Shown here piece after piece: positions 1 to 12,379 of a stretch of 64,000 nucleotides of DNA. The position numbers and the translations under genes were made by a program. Source of the stretch: Octopus sinensis (taxonomy: Eukaryota); the NCBI RefSeq assembly GCF_006345805.1, contig NC_042997.1, forward strand, positions 165,664,001-165,728,000. The letters run 5' to 3'. The number at the start of each line of letters is the position of its first letter. Within the stretch, counting starts at the first letter, position 1. The notes under the pieces were generated by a model. It saw nothing but the letters and a program-made list of their open reading frames with translations. It searched no databases and was not told the DNA's origin.

Positions 1-20
1 TATATACATATATATAAGGG

Positions 21-1245
21 CAAGTATGAAATTTATAGTAAGGTATATGATAAACTTTGACAGCTGCTCATTTTGTGCCATTATTATATTTTGACAATCT
101 TTATTTTTTGTTAGAAAGCTGATACATCTGTTTCCTTATTCTAACTCATTTTGCGCTTTATAAAGTATTTATAAATCGTTTTTGGCTATTTTTCGTTAGA
201 GATGGATAAGTCGGAAATTCGTAGTTTTGAAATATGAGTTCTTTCTTGGAAATGCAGCATCACAGACAACTTGGAATATTAATGGAGTATTTCATTCTAA
301 TGTTATTACACAGCAGACAGGATCAAATTGGTTTGCAAAATTTCGATCTGGTAACTTTAACCTCACAACTGAGCAACGCAGTCGACCAGAAACAAAGGTG
401 GGCAATGACGAACTGAAAGCTACCGTCGAGTCAGATCCATCTCAAAATGCCCGTGAATTATCGTTGTTGTTTGGTGTTAGCAAGCAAACAATATTGACTT
501 ACCTATTTCAAATCAGTAAAGTGAAAAAGTTGGATAAGTGGGGTCCACATGAACTCAAGCCTGTATGATGCAACTTTCTCATCACAAAAATGCATCATTT
601 TTTAATCGAATTGTAAGATGCGATGAGAAATGGATCCAATATAACAACCGTAAACGTTCAGCACAATAGTTGGACTAAGACGAGCCACCAAAAGACAGTC
701 CAAAAAGAAAAATTCATCAAAAGAAGCTGATGGTATGTGTTTGGTGGTCTGATGCAGGTGTGATCCATTATGATTTCATTAAACCTGGCTCGTCAATCAC
801 GGCCAAAGTATACTGCGGCTACCTGACCCAAATGATGCAGAAACTTACAAAAAAACAGCCTAGATTAGTCAACAGATCCATTCCTATTTTATTTCAAGAC
901 AACGCCAGACCACACATTGCAAAAATGACATTGGCGAAACTACAGGAGTTAAAGTTGGAAATTCTCCATCATCCACCAAACTCACCTGATCTACTACTTC
1001 TTCCAGAATTTGGATAACTTTTTGATAGGAAAAAAATTTAATTCCGACGATGCTGTAAAACAGGCCTTTCAAGATTTTATTGACTCTAGATTGCCAGGCT
1101 TTTACAGTTCCGGGCTGGACAAGCTACCGCTGAAATGGCAAACGTGTATTGACAATATGGATGCATGCTTTGATCAATAAAACTATTCCTTGTATTTATA
1201 AAACATTAGCAAACTTCCTTTACTTTTCTACAAATTTCATACTTG
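21..1245 (+). mobile_element. Mariner (DD34D) DNA transposon, decayed, near full length
   Basis: Inverted terminal core caagtatgaaattt (21-34) / aaatttcatacttg (1232-1245) flanks a transposase remnant. Confidence 0.9.
202..1180 (+). pseudogene. Mariner transposase pseudogene
   Basis: Manual translation gives MDKSEIR, a frameshift, an HTH region, WGPHEL, CDEKW, FQDNARPH and HPPNSPDL, ending CFDQ* at 1178-1180. It has several stops and frameshifts. Confidence 0.92.
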
Positions 1246-1599
1246 ACGAACACTAACACAACCACTAACAATAACATTGACATATTGTATGAAGAAGATA
1301 AGCAAATCCATTTCATATAAAAAATATATAATGCACTATCCTAGTGTGTTTTGAAAGTTGAATGAATATCTTTGATCTTAGGTCTATGAAGATTGACTTT
1401 AGGATACACAGCCACAACAATACGATTAGCAAGAACAATCTGGTGACCGTTCAGTTAACTGTAAACTTTCTTTTCGTCATTCCATCACCTTTTTATCTCA
1501 TTTTTATTATTACACCCAAAGAAATAAGACAATTTTCTGCTCTCCAAAACTAAATCTTTCCTGGACCAATACTACATATTTACTATGGATAATTAATCG

Positions 1600-3343
1600 C
1601 CGACACTGCAGGATTTGCTAGTGTGGAAGAGAGCAATAAAGTCACAGACCGTGGCGTCCCAGATGAAGCAGCTATCTCTTACCCAGGGACAGAGGGTAAG
1701 ACCATCTGGTCTCTTCCCATCACTTCTGGATAATCCCACTGGCTCCAGAACTGAAGAGATATTAATACAAGCCAGGGCCTGCTAAATGTTAAGTTTAACT
1801 CGGTGTGACAAGCGAAGTGACCAGCATTTAGGCGGGAGGCAGACCGTGAAGACCTGTCGAATCAAGGGGCCTACCACAGCGACATCTCAGTCCCCTACAG
1901 AAGTCAGCTTCCACTCTGAGTGCGATTGAGATGCGGAGCTCATCAAGACTGAGTAGACCTCCAATGCTGGCCACAGCTTGGGCGCGAGAATTTTACACTA
2001 GCAGAAAGTAAGCGATACCTTGAAAATTGATCAGATTGATCAGGAAGAGAGTTGAAAGTGGCACCTGAATGCAGATTGTCTCATACTCTCTGCTTAGGTC
2101 TATCCTCAACTGTAACAGTAACTGACAAACCCAGCTCTCTCCACTGTAGCAGAGCTTCATCCATTTCTCTGTTGGAATTAGTCCATGTTAGAGAGGAGAG
2201 GATGTTGCCTACTAAAAGGGAGCAAACATAGATGGAGGAAAGAAAGGGAAGAGATAGAGATGAGTACTTGCTCAGACCTAGATCCCCAAACCGTTTGGGC
2301 AAAGCAGCCTGGTTGTGGGACTTTGGGGAGTCTGACGCTGACCAAGTATTCGAGTCTCCTGAAGATTAGGTCGTCAAAGCATTGGAGAGATGACGAAAAT
2401 CTACATGAGGGACTATGAGAAAATACAATAACTTAGGAATCGACAAGTAATTCCTAAGTATAAAAAATCTTGGTGGGGCTCGGTTACTTCAAGATTTTTT
2501 AAAAGTTGTTCAAGGTTAGCCATTTTGGATCGAAAGATGGACTCGAAAGCTTGGTCAGTAATTGGGACTTTAAGAGAGCACCACACTGATGAAGGAGGAA
2601 CCACGACAGAGGGGAAGGAGTCTGTAAACAAGTTTACAGTCTGCTCATGTGAAACTGGATTGTTGAGGGACCAGAGCTCGCATTTGTAACTGTTAACCTA
2701 TGACCAACTTCCTTAGTCACCGTCCTTGTAGTTGCAAGGGCCTTGTGAGGATCTCACTCGCCCTAATAAGCATTACCAAGATACCAAACATTTAAGCCTA
2801 TGTCAGCTCCCACCTTGGTAACATCATCGATACCCAATGTGAATAGAGCAGATCCAAGTGGGTCAACCTGTTGGACTCCAGAAGCAGACGGGATGAGGCA
2901 GTCACCAAAGGAGAGGTAGGAGGGCTCCCGATAAGCTTGCCAAGCAGTGATAAGGCTGTGTAGCATTCTCCCTTGTTGCACAGAGTACAACGTCCTGGCT
3001 GACGGAATTGAAGGCATTCCTACAGTCTAGTTTGAGGATGACCTTTGGGTACTCAGAGGGCAAGCTGGTGAAAGCCCTAGTAGCATGAGCAGCTGTCCCA
3101 CAACCTAGCTTAATACTCTCTCCTCGCAGAATAGGGGAAAATTCAGCGGACAAACAGTTAGAAACTGCAGACAGACACACTTTTGCTGTGAGCCGTCGCA
3201 GAGTACAACCAACTGTTATGTGGCGGAGGTCACCATTGGGCTCAGTGAGGCCAAATAGTTTAGCCCCAAAGAACAGGGGACGGATGTAGAGGAAGACACT
3301 CTCAGATGAGAACAAGTTTATGAACTGTGTTAGGTTCTCCAAG
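1600..3343 (-). mobile_element. CRE-clade non-LTR retrotransposon fragment (RT, CCHC-like finger, restriction-like endonuclease)
   Basis: RT motifs GDLRHITVGCTLRRLTAK, KLDCRNAFNSV, SASGVQQVDPLG and NVWYL. Finger remnant RCRCGRPLDSTGLHG at about 1850-1885. Endonuclease EPVGLSRSDGKRPDGLTLCPW..IWDATVCD at about 1640-1750. Confidence 0.8.
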
Positions 3344-3360
3344 AGCTAAAAATTCCTTAA

Positions 3361-3650
3361 GGCGTGTCCCCCAGCATGGCCGCAGTCCGATGACTGAAGC
3401 AAGTAAAAAGATTTTTAGAAAATAAAAAAAGTTCGAAGAAAAACCAAAAAATATAACCGAGCAAGTTATAAAAAATTTTCAAGAGATTTGGTTATTTCTT
3501 GCATGTGGAGAGACCTTTACACTTAACTTCAAGTGCTGGTTGAAAATCATTAAAAAAAATTCTGGGGCCGATACATTCGACTAAAAGTTCGTCAATGTGG
3601 TGCCCCAGCATGGCCACAGTCTAATGACTGCAACAAATAAAAAAAACGAA
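3361..3650 (+). repeat. Two 3' fragments of the tRNA-derived SINE family
   Basis: The ccccagcatggcc(g/a)cagtc..atgactg..acaa tail occurs twice and matches the full copy at 8805-9217. Confidence 0.7.
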
Positions 3651-3660
3651 AAATATAACC

Positions 3661-3727
3661 ATGGGGCTTTTGTCCAAGGGGCTTTTGTCCATGAGGCTTT
3701 TGTCCTAGGGGGCTATTGTCCGGATCC
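3661..3727 (+). repeat. About 15-bp tandem repeat (ggggcttttgtcc) x4
   Basis: Four directly visible units ending in ggatccc. Confidence 0.85.
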
Positions 3728-4395
3728 CGGGAAATTTACAGTATTAGGAGAAAAAGGCCATGTGTAATATGCTACCGTGTATAAGATACATCCTTATTTT
3801 GGAGCCTAAATTTTCATAAAGATCTAACAGAGTCACACAACCACTACAAGATTAGGTCATCTAATGTTAGTTTTTAAATTTTCACTTTAAATATATTGAT
3901 ATGTAAAGAAATAATAATTGAAGAAATTAACTTTATTCGATTTTTGTATTATTTTTTAATAGAAGTGGGTGGGAAAAACATTGCAGCCTAAATACCGTAA
4001 ATTATTCCTAACTTTAATCTTGATTTTGATGAAAATGTACGTATTATACATGGAATTTTGTGGTAGATGCAAAATGTGTCAGTGCTACTTGTTAAGGTTT
4101 TCTCTACAAATTTTCTATAGAAATTATTGCCAGCACTGATATAGTATATTATGGTTGCATAACGAAATCCTGCATCTCTACAAGTCATTAATGTTCGAAC
4201 GGGTCCAATAGCTATGTTGGGCCAAAGCAAGCCTGAGCAATATTCGAACTCCCAGCAGACATGCCCAGGCTCGCAAGATTTTCAATTTCACTGTAAACTC
4301 ATATTTCTTTCATTCCAAGTTTATGACTAAGAAAAACTCTGCTGTTGTTTTAAATTCAACTGATCTGGATCTTACTACAAACTTTGACATCCACA

Positions 4396-4535
4396 CACTA
4401 GCGTAGCCAGATTGTGTGCCACCCGAGGCGGCCCTTTCATATGTCATCCCCCCCCCCCGGACCCCACAAAAACACATATTACCAAAGGTGCTGCCTGGTG
4501 CAGTCACCCCTTTTCCCCCGCCATCTATGTTAGTG
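4396..4535. mobile_element. hAT-type MITE, 140 bp
   Basis: Imperfect TIR cactagcgtag / ctatgttagtg. 8-bp TSD catccaca (4388-4395) / caaccaca (4536-4543), 7 of 8 matching. Confidence 0.7.
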
Positions 4536-4569
4536 CAACCACACAATCAAAATAAACTATACTACCAAT

Positions 4570-4960
4570 CTTTCATCTTGAAAATAAGATATTCTTTCCA
4601 TCTTCTCCACATATTATTGGAGTAGAGTCCTCAGGCATCTCTTCCATCAAGTTCTATCAGAAACAACCTCCATTAGACTTTCTGGGTTGATTGCTACACG
4701 TGACCAACTGAGACAATGGATTTTATTCAACAATCTCGTTCTCGGTCCATTGCCTAGATCTCCTGCCGGTTGGCTTGGTTTGGAGAATCTGTTTTGTGAT
4801 TCTTTCCCGCTACATTCTAATTACATGCTCATAGTGCCGAAGCAGTGACTTTTCAATGTGGAGAAGTAGCGATTCAACCCAGAGAGACTCCTTGATCTCT
4901 AAGATATGTATCCTGTATTGTAATGTTGCTCCAGAGACCCTTCAGATGTACCCCATTTGA
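4570..4960 (-). mobile_element. RTE-type LINE C-terminal fragment
   Basis: Minus-strand translation ESLLLHIEKSLLRHYEHVIRM*RERITKQILQTKPTGRRSR resembles the RTE post-RT region. Confidence 0.6.
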
Positions 4961-5589
4961 CTGCTTGTATTCATGATCGTACTCTTTCTTTACTCTTTTA
5001 TTGTCAAACATTTATAAAAGGTGACAATAGGCACACAAACCAAATCGGAGAAAGGGAGGTTTTTTTATTTATTTTTTACCAACCGCTCCACATTTTTTGT
5101 CAGTTCCTCTTTTGTTTTTGCCATTATTTTCTCTTTGCTTTTATTCAGATTACATTTTCACACAGAATATCCAGTATACCATGGAATATTCAGCTGTCTC
5201 CAAATAAATTTCCAGAGAAAGACATGAAAAAAACACTACTGTATTGACAAAAGCACTACACCTTAGAGAATTTTTCTTTGCTTTGGAAACAGGAAAACTT
5301 AGAAGTTAAGAAAGAATCACTAACAGATGTCTATTTTGAGAAACTATCAGCACCTCCAAGTGCATCTGAAAGAACAGGAGAAACATATGTACTCAAGATA
5401 TTGAAGATGAAGAATCATTGCATCCTACTGACAGGGATAGTGAATGCCATTTTGGGTTCTAAACCAAGCCATGTAGCAGTCTGCCAGTGCAAAGTATGTG
5501 CCCATGTTCTATCAAGACCCAGAATCTTGATGCCATTATAAAAGCAAAAGTGAAAACAAACTGGATGGCACTAACTATTTTAAAAATTC

Positions 5590-7400
5590 AATGTTTTATA
5601 TTATTTGTGAAAATGGTGAGCAGCGTTTGAGAAAGTGGAAACTGTACAACACATCTAACAGTGCTATTTATTGCTTTTGCTGTACTTTGATGTCAAGCTA
5701 CTGTAACAGGTTTTTCAGCAAGGATGGCTTTAATGAATGGGAAAAAAGCAGAGGAGAAAAAAAAACATGTGAACAAAGCTAAAGCAACAGAGGTTCTGTG
5801 TTGCTATACAATAGTTTATGTAGGGAATATTCTCATGTTAGTAGGGAGATGGAAAAATAAATGCAAGAAAACAAGAAATATCAGACTGAAATATTGCACT
5901 GTGTTGTGGCTGTGATGGTATTTCTAACTGAGAGAGGCCTGGTATTAAGGAGTAGTGAAGAGGTCATAGGATCTAAGTACAGTGGGAACTTGGGGGGAAT
6001 TATGGAACTTATTGCACAGTTTAATCCTTTGCTAATAGGTTACTTGAAAGCATTTAGCAATCTAGGAAGCAGTAAGTAGTCATACTTATTATTACCATCT
6101 ACAAAGAAATTGTTCTGTTAAATGCAAAATATGTACTTCATATTGTAGCAGAACTTAACACAGCTATTTATCAGTTTCTGTAGATTTAAAACCAGACCAC
6201 ACTCGTGTTCATCAATTAACAGTTATTGTGCATTATGCAGTTTCTGGGAAGCTGATAGTAAGAATTTTAACTTTCCTGCAGGCTGGTTCCCATAAAGTAG
6301 AATTCTGGCCACATCCATGTTAGAATTTCTTAAGAAATAGCATATAAATTTTGAAGACTGCAGGAACTGTCTTATCACAGCTTCGTTAATATCTGAGTAC
6401 TACACCAGAATGCAAGCCAGACTTAAGGAAATGAACTTGGCTACAATTTTTATTCCCTATGTTGTTCATTCATTGAGTTTTGTTGGACATGCTACTGCTT
6501 CTTGCTGTGTTGAAGCTCTTAGCTATTTTGGCTTCATACAAAAGATATACACTTTTCTGTGTTGGCACACATGAGCAAATTTAATGATATCTTCAGAAGG
6601 AAATAAAAGAAAACCAACTTTGAAGTCCTTGTCAGAAACTCGTTGGTCATCAAGAGCATATGCTACTAAAACCCTCATTGATAGATATAACTGCATTCAA
6701 AACACTCAGAGATATTTAAGATGATTTAGAATTAAAACCTGAAGGAAGATATGAAGCTCAGACTTAGTAGACAAAATGGACTGCCTTGAAACTGCTCTAA
6801 TGGCTAAGATCTAGAATTTAATTCTTGTACAGCTTAACAGTAAAAATAGAGATTTTCCCAGAGTTGAAGTTGATCTGAGAAAAGTGGTGGATCTTACTAA
6901 TTCCTCAGAAAACTTTCTGAAATCACATTGGGATAAGTATGAGAAGTTGGAAGTGAATTCAGGACTTTCAATGTAATTTTAGATCAGTTGTTTGTCACCT
7001 TACAAAAACACAAGTAGCCTATCAATCAGTGCATGGCAAGTTCAAAGTTAGAGTGAAATTATGTAGTTGATGCAGAGATAAGAACTGAAAGTGAACGACC
7101 CATCGCCATTTTCCCCTGTGATTTTAGTAATGTGTTCATAGAAGATATTGTGCAGAATGCAACCATCATTAACACAGGTCATGTTTCACTCCATCTCAAC
7201 AGGCACTTTTAATCCATAATGAAGGGCTTGCGTAAACCTTTGCAACTGTTGAAGTAGCTCTTAGAATATATTTGAGCTTCATGGTCACTAGTTGTTCAGG
7301 AGAGAGGCATTAAGTAAATTGGGACTAATGAAGAATTATCTGAGAACAACAATGACGTTTGAAAGACGAAGTACAGACCAGACAATTTAAGAATAATTAT
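5590..7400 (+). pseudogene. hAT transposase pseudogene (ZMYM1-like: TTF finger, DUF4371, hAT dimerisation)
   Basis: WKLYNTSNSAIYCFCC; FLTERGLVLRSSEEVIGSKYSGNLGGIMELIAQF; IPYVVHSL (CxxH position, about 6455); ETRWSSRA (about 6640); LRIYLSFMVTSCSGER..LMKNYLRTTM (about 7260-7360). Many stops. Confidence 0.85.
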
Positions 7401-7554
7401 CATGAATAGGCAACATGCCAAAAATCCTTATCTTCAAAATATCCTTCATTTTATGGTAAAACACAAAAACAAGAGAATTGCCCTTGGGTAAGTTGTATTA
7501 CAGCAGGGGACATTGTCATCTTTTGCATTTTATTTTTTTTTATTTATTGTAACA

Positions 7555-7745
7555 CTACTCTCTTTACTCTTTTTACTCTTACTTGTTTCAGTCATTTTGA
7601 CTGCAGCCGAACAAATTGATTCCAGGACTTATTCGTTGTAAGCCTAGTACTTATTCTATTGGTATCTTTTGCTGAACCGCTAAGTTACGGGGACGTAAAC
7701 ACACCAGCATCGGTTGTCAAGCGATGTTGGGGACACACACACATG
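7555..7745 (-). repeat. tRNA-derived SINE, 3' half
   Basis: Reverse complement of the 3' half of the full copy at 8805-9217. Confidence 0.85.
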
Positions 7746-8180
<435 letters not shown>

Positions 8181-8282
8181 TATAATATTTTACTATAAAA
8201 TTGGATTCAATCCTAAATCTGATTTTCCCTGTAAATTTGGATTTATTCCCTAATATTTATTATTATATATATATATATATAT

Positions 8283-8435
8283 ACGATGGGCTTCTTTCTA
8301 TTTCCGTCTACCAAATCCACTGACAAGGATTTGGTCAGCCCAAGGCTATAGTAGAAGACACTTGCCCAAGGTACCATGCAGTGGGACTGAACCCAGAACC
8401 ATGTGGTTTGGTAAGCAAGCTACTTACCACACAGC
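8283..8435 (-). repeat. tRNA-derived SINE head
   Basis: Reverse complement of the head of 8805-9217. Confidence 0.85.
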
Positions 8436-8514
8436 CACTCCTGCACATATAATTCCATGAAATTGAGAAGTGACTTTAAATTTCATTTTATTACATAAGA
8501 AATTATTTATTACA

Positions 8515-8800
8515 AGCCTCGACTGGCTTCCGTACCGGTGGCACATAAAATACACCAATCCGACCGTGGCCGTTGCCAGCCTCACCTGGCACCTGTGCAG
8601 GTGGCACGTAAAAATCACCCACTACACTCACGGAGTGGTTGGCATTAGGAAGGGCATCCAGCTGTAGAAACATTGCCAGATAAGACTGGAGCCTGGTGCA
8701 GCCTTCTGGCTTCCCAGATCCCCAGTCGAGCCGTCCAACCCATGCTAGCATGGAGAACGGACGTTAAACGATGATGATGATGATGATGATGATGATGATA
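8515..8800 (+). repeat. RTE-LINE 3'UTR-derived short element with (GAT)n tail
   Basis: Ends ccgtccaacccatgctagcatggagaacggacgttaaacg(atg)n, the same tail as the RTE LINE at 31510-33389. Confidence 0.85.
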
Positions 8801-8804
8801 GGTA

Positions 8805-9217
8805 GGCGCAGGAGTGGCTGTGTGGTAAGTAGCTTGCTAAACAACCACATGGTTACGGGTTCAGTCCCACTGCATGGCATCTTGGGCAAGTGTCTTCTGC
8901 TATAGCCCCGGGCCGACCAATGCCTTGTGAGTGGATTTGGGAGACGGAAACTGAAAGAAGCCCGTCGTATATATGTATATATATATATATATGTGTGTGT
9001 GTTTGTGTGTCTGTGTTTGTCCCCCTAGCATTGCTTGACAACCGATGCTGGTGTGTTTGTGTCCCCATCACTTAGCGGTTCGGCAAAAGAGACTGATAGA
9101 ATAAGTACTGGGCTTACAAAGAATAAGTCCCGGGGTAGATTTGCTTGACTAAAGGCGGTGCTCCAGCATGGCCACAGTCAAATGACTGAAACAAGTAAAA
9201 GAGTAAAGAGTAAGAGA
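8805..9217 (+). mobile_element. Full-length tRNA-derived SINE with internal TA/TG microsatellite
   Basis: A-box-like tggctgtgtggt, B-box-like ggttcagtccc and a (gtaaaaga)n tail. Multiple copies in the window. Confidence 0.85.
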
Positions 9218-9554
9218 GTGTCCCAACATGGCTGCAGTCCAACGACTGAAACAAGTAAAAGGCAAACGATATAAAAGGTATAAACATTATCCATTCTAAT
9301 AGTTTTCTAAACTGGACTTTTCCCAGTCTGATGCAAAATGCTAATACTGCAGGTGTGTGAATTTTTATTTCTGGAACACCACACGTCTTCCGTTTTCAAC
9401 ATAAGCTATTCTATACATATGTATGTATCATCATCATCATCATCATTATCCTTTAATGTCCGATGATCTTTTGATATATGCATCTTTTGTATACATATAA
9501 GAAACGTTTTATCTTTGTGTGAATATTAACTTGTGTTTGTGGCTATTTAAGTGT

Positions 9555-9960
9555 AGGTGTGTATTTGCAAGCTCATGTTTCAGGGCTAAACTAATTAAAG
9601 CGCTTAACTATATTGTCATGCTAATAAAGGAAAACTAAACAATGAAAATCAAGATCACAGTCGCGTCATGGGCTTGAATAAATCAAGTTAATGGTCAATG
9701 TTAAATCCTAAGGAAGAAAGGTGAATGCAAGTCACATGTCTGTGCTGAAAACGTGATCAGGAAGTATGGTGAAATACACGGGATTGGATTGAAATTCTGG
9801 GGCAGAGCTAACAATCATTTCTTCCCTTGTTAATCCCTTAGCAGAGGTTTGTGCTTACTCATATACATATATATTTTTCCACACATACACATTTTTTACC
9901 TATATAGATATATAGATGTTTATCATATATATGATGTATATATATGATACACACAAACAC
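9555..9960 (+). repeat. About 400-bp sequence with a near-identical inverted copy at about 15990-16400
   Basis: tttcagggctaaactaattaaagcgc...gatgtatatatatgatac matches the reverse complement of 16000-16378 with few differences. Confidence 0.9.
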
Positions 9961-9963
9961 ACA

Positions 9964-10019
<56 letters not shown>

Positions 10020-10231
10020 TATGTGTGTGTATATACAAAGAGACAGACAGACAGACAGATGGACGGATTGATAGATAGATAGATAGATAAATAGATATAC
10101 ATACTTGTATACACAGATACATACACACATATATACATATATACATAGATACACACATACCCACATATATACAGATACACACATATATACATACAGATCA
10201 GATGTAACCAGAGGTAGATAGATAGATATAG

Positions 10232-10262
<31 letters not shown>

Positions 10263-10273
10263 CAGATCTCTCT

Positions 10274-10316
<43 letters not shown>

Positions 10317-10353
10317 CATACCTTATTGAAAAGCAGCAGAAATATCACAAAAG

Positions 10354-10391
10354 CTGTTACTCAGAGTTTCACGTTCCCATTCATCAGACAG
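10354..10391 (-). ncRNA. Type I hammerhead ribozyme (left arm)
   Basis: Minus strand reads CUGU-CUGAUGA-AUG[GGAA]CGU-GAAAC-UCUGA-GUA-ACAG. Confidence 0.72.
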
Positions 10392-10414
10392 TTTTGTTTA
10401 GAATCTAAACAAAA

Positions 10415-10452
10415 CTGTCTGATGAATGGGAACATGAAACTCCGAGTAACAG
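10415..10452 (+). ncRNA. Type I hammerhead ribozyme (right arm)
   Basis: AAAACUGU-CUGAUGA-AUG[GGAA]CAU-GAAAC-UCCGA-GUA-ACAGUUUU: 8-bp stem I and intact core. Confidence 0.8.
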
Positions 10453-10737
10453 TTTTTGTGATATTTCTGCTGCTTTTTGATAAAGCATATTACTCTGCCT
10501 TTTGTATTCAAGTACTATTTTTTCCACCTTGTGTGCTTACTCTGGTATATATATCTTTTACAAATCATCTTTTCGCATAATGATAAGTTGTTAAATACAA
10601 ATCCACTTACTACTGAAAATACTAAAATTAATTTTGTTAATACTAACCATTCTTTAAATAATAGTAACAGCAGGGTTATTGTTTCTGAAGCTAACTCCAA
10701 TTATATTCGTTTTCTTAGAAGTAATTCTAAGACGAAA

Positions 10738-11103
10738 AACTCAATTTATCAATGTAAAATTACTTCCAGTTCTGACATCTTTTTTTATATAGGTAGTTCT
10801 TCATCTCATTTATCCAAAAGAATATCTAATCATTACTCTACATTTAGGCATATCAATAAACATAACAATACAGGGCTTAGTAAATTAATCTGATATCTAA
10901 AAGATCATAATAAACAATTTAATTTGAAATGGAATATTCTCTCTATTTCTTTACCATATGATAAAGGTAAACATTTCTGCTCGCTTTGTAATAGCAGAAT
11001 GTTTTATATCCTATTCACAACGAATTCCCATGTAAACACGTTTATAGAATGCGTTTATCGTTGCAAACATTGGCAGAAACATACCTTTAGTTCCTATAAG
11101 TGA
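10738..11103 (+). pseudogene. Penelope-like GIY-YIG endonuclease domain (Naiad-type pattern), one internal stop
   Basis: NSIYQCKIT..FFYIGSSSSHLSKRISNHYSTF..NNTGLSKLI*YLK..LKWNIL..FCSLCN..YRCKHWQK*. The frame continues past TGA 10891-10893 to TGA 11101-11103. Confidence 0.8.
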
Positions 11104-11393
11104 TTTCTACCATTCTATATAATTCGAACTTTGGTTGTCTTCTTACATTTCACTTCCACTAAATATATCTAATTCCACACTTTTAAGCTTTATTCTAATT
11201 CACCCATCACTCTATACTTCTCTACTATTAGTTTTCTGCTAATTTTTTTCCTTCTCCTCCTCTTTCTATGTGCTACCTTTGACGTTATATCTACTAACAG
11301 CTTTTTTTAAAAAACTTAATAGCATTCCCTTCATCATTATACACAGTCATCACATTTTGTTAAAATGTCTTATTGATGTGTTTGGTTTCTTTC

Positions 11394-11481
11394 TTTCCCT
11401 GATGAGAAGATTGTATTGTTTTACACCATTTTATTCCTTCTGGAATAATACCAATGTTGTCCTCGAAACATATGTCAGAAG
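11394..11481 (+). ncRNA. Decayed type I hammerhead with long stem II
   Basis: CUGAUGA at 11399-11405, an imperfect long stem II, then GAAAC-AUAU-GUC-AGAAG at 11465-11481. Stems I and II have mismatches. Confidence 0.55.
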
Positions 11482-11553
11482 TAAAAGAATTTGAAAAACA
11501 CCTGCGTTTAACTCCATTTATCTATATATATGTATATATATGTGTGTGTATAT

Positions 11554-11608
<55 letters not shown>

Positions 11609-12379
11609 TCATCATCATCATCATCATCATATATATATATATATATCATCATCATCATCATCATCATCGTTTAGCGTCCGTTTTCCATGCTAGCATGGGT
11701 TGGACATATTCTTTTACCTGTTTCAGTTATGTGACTGTAGCCATGCTGGAGCAATATCTATATCTATATCTATCTATCTATATATATATATTATATGTGT
11801 GTGTGCACGTGTGCATGTATATATATATATATATATATATATGCATGTATGTATGTATATATATAATGTTTAGTATGAGAAAAATTTCAGATATTTGTCT
11901 TAAACATTCAGACAAGCAAATTCATAATTCAGATGTATGACATATTATTACATTCAAATAACCACATATTTATATTAAGATATAGATGATAAAAATATAG
12001 AAATATAAAAATAGAAATATAAGAATATAAACATAAACAAATATAATATATATATATTTAAAGATAAGGTATTTTACCCTTATATGGTGGAAATCATGCC
12101 AAAACTAACCTCGCCTGTGCTAGTGCCACATAAAAAGCACTGAGTCCACTCCTCAGAGTGGTTGGTGTTCGGAAGGACATCCAGCCACAAAAACTCTCCC
12201 TAAAACATGGTCTGCTCCTGTCAACTGCTCTACCTATGCATGCATGGAAAATGGACATTAAATGATGATGATAAATATATTATACTTATATTTAAATATA
12301 GCTCTTATTTCTAGCAATGTAGGTGTTTCTAACACCCTCGTTACATTTAGTAACAAATATAAGTCTCCTTTTTGTGAAA

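Larger units (their letters stand above)
10323..10484. repeat. About 80-bp-arm inverted repeat with 1-nt spacer (PLE pseudo-LTR fold-back)
   Basis: Centre is ...gtttaga[a10403]tctaaac...; the arms are near identical. Confidence 0.92.

Noticed and set aside
5016-7524. 13-bp inverted match (aaaaggtgacaat / attgtcatctttt) as TIRs of the hAT element
   Set aside because: The ends are not hAT-like, there is no 8-bp TSD, and the match could be chance in AT-rich DNA.
10891-10893. In-frame TGA as selenocysteine in a Naiad-type endonuclease
   Set aside because: It falls at the conserved Trp of LS..IW.LK, not at a Cys position. A TGG-to-TGA mutation is simpler, and I identified no SECIS.
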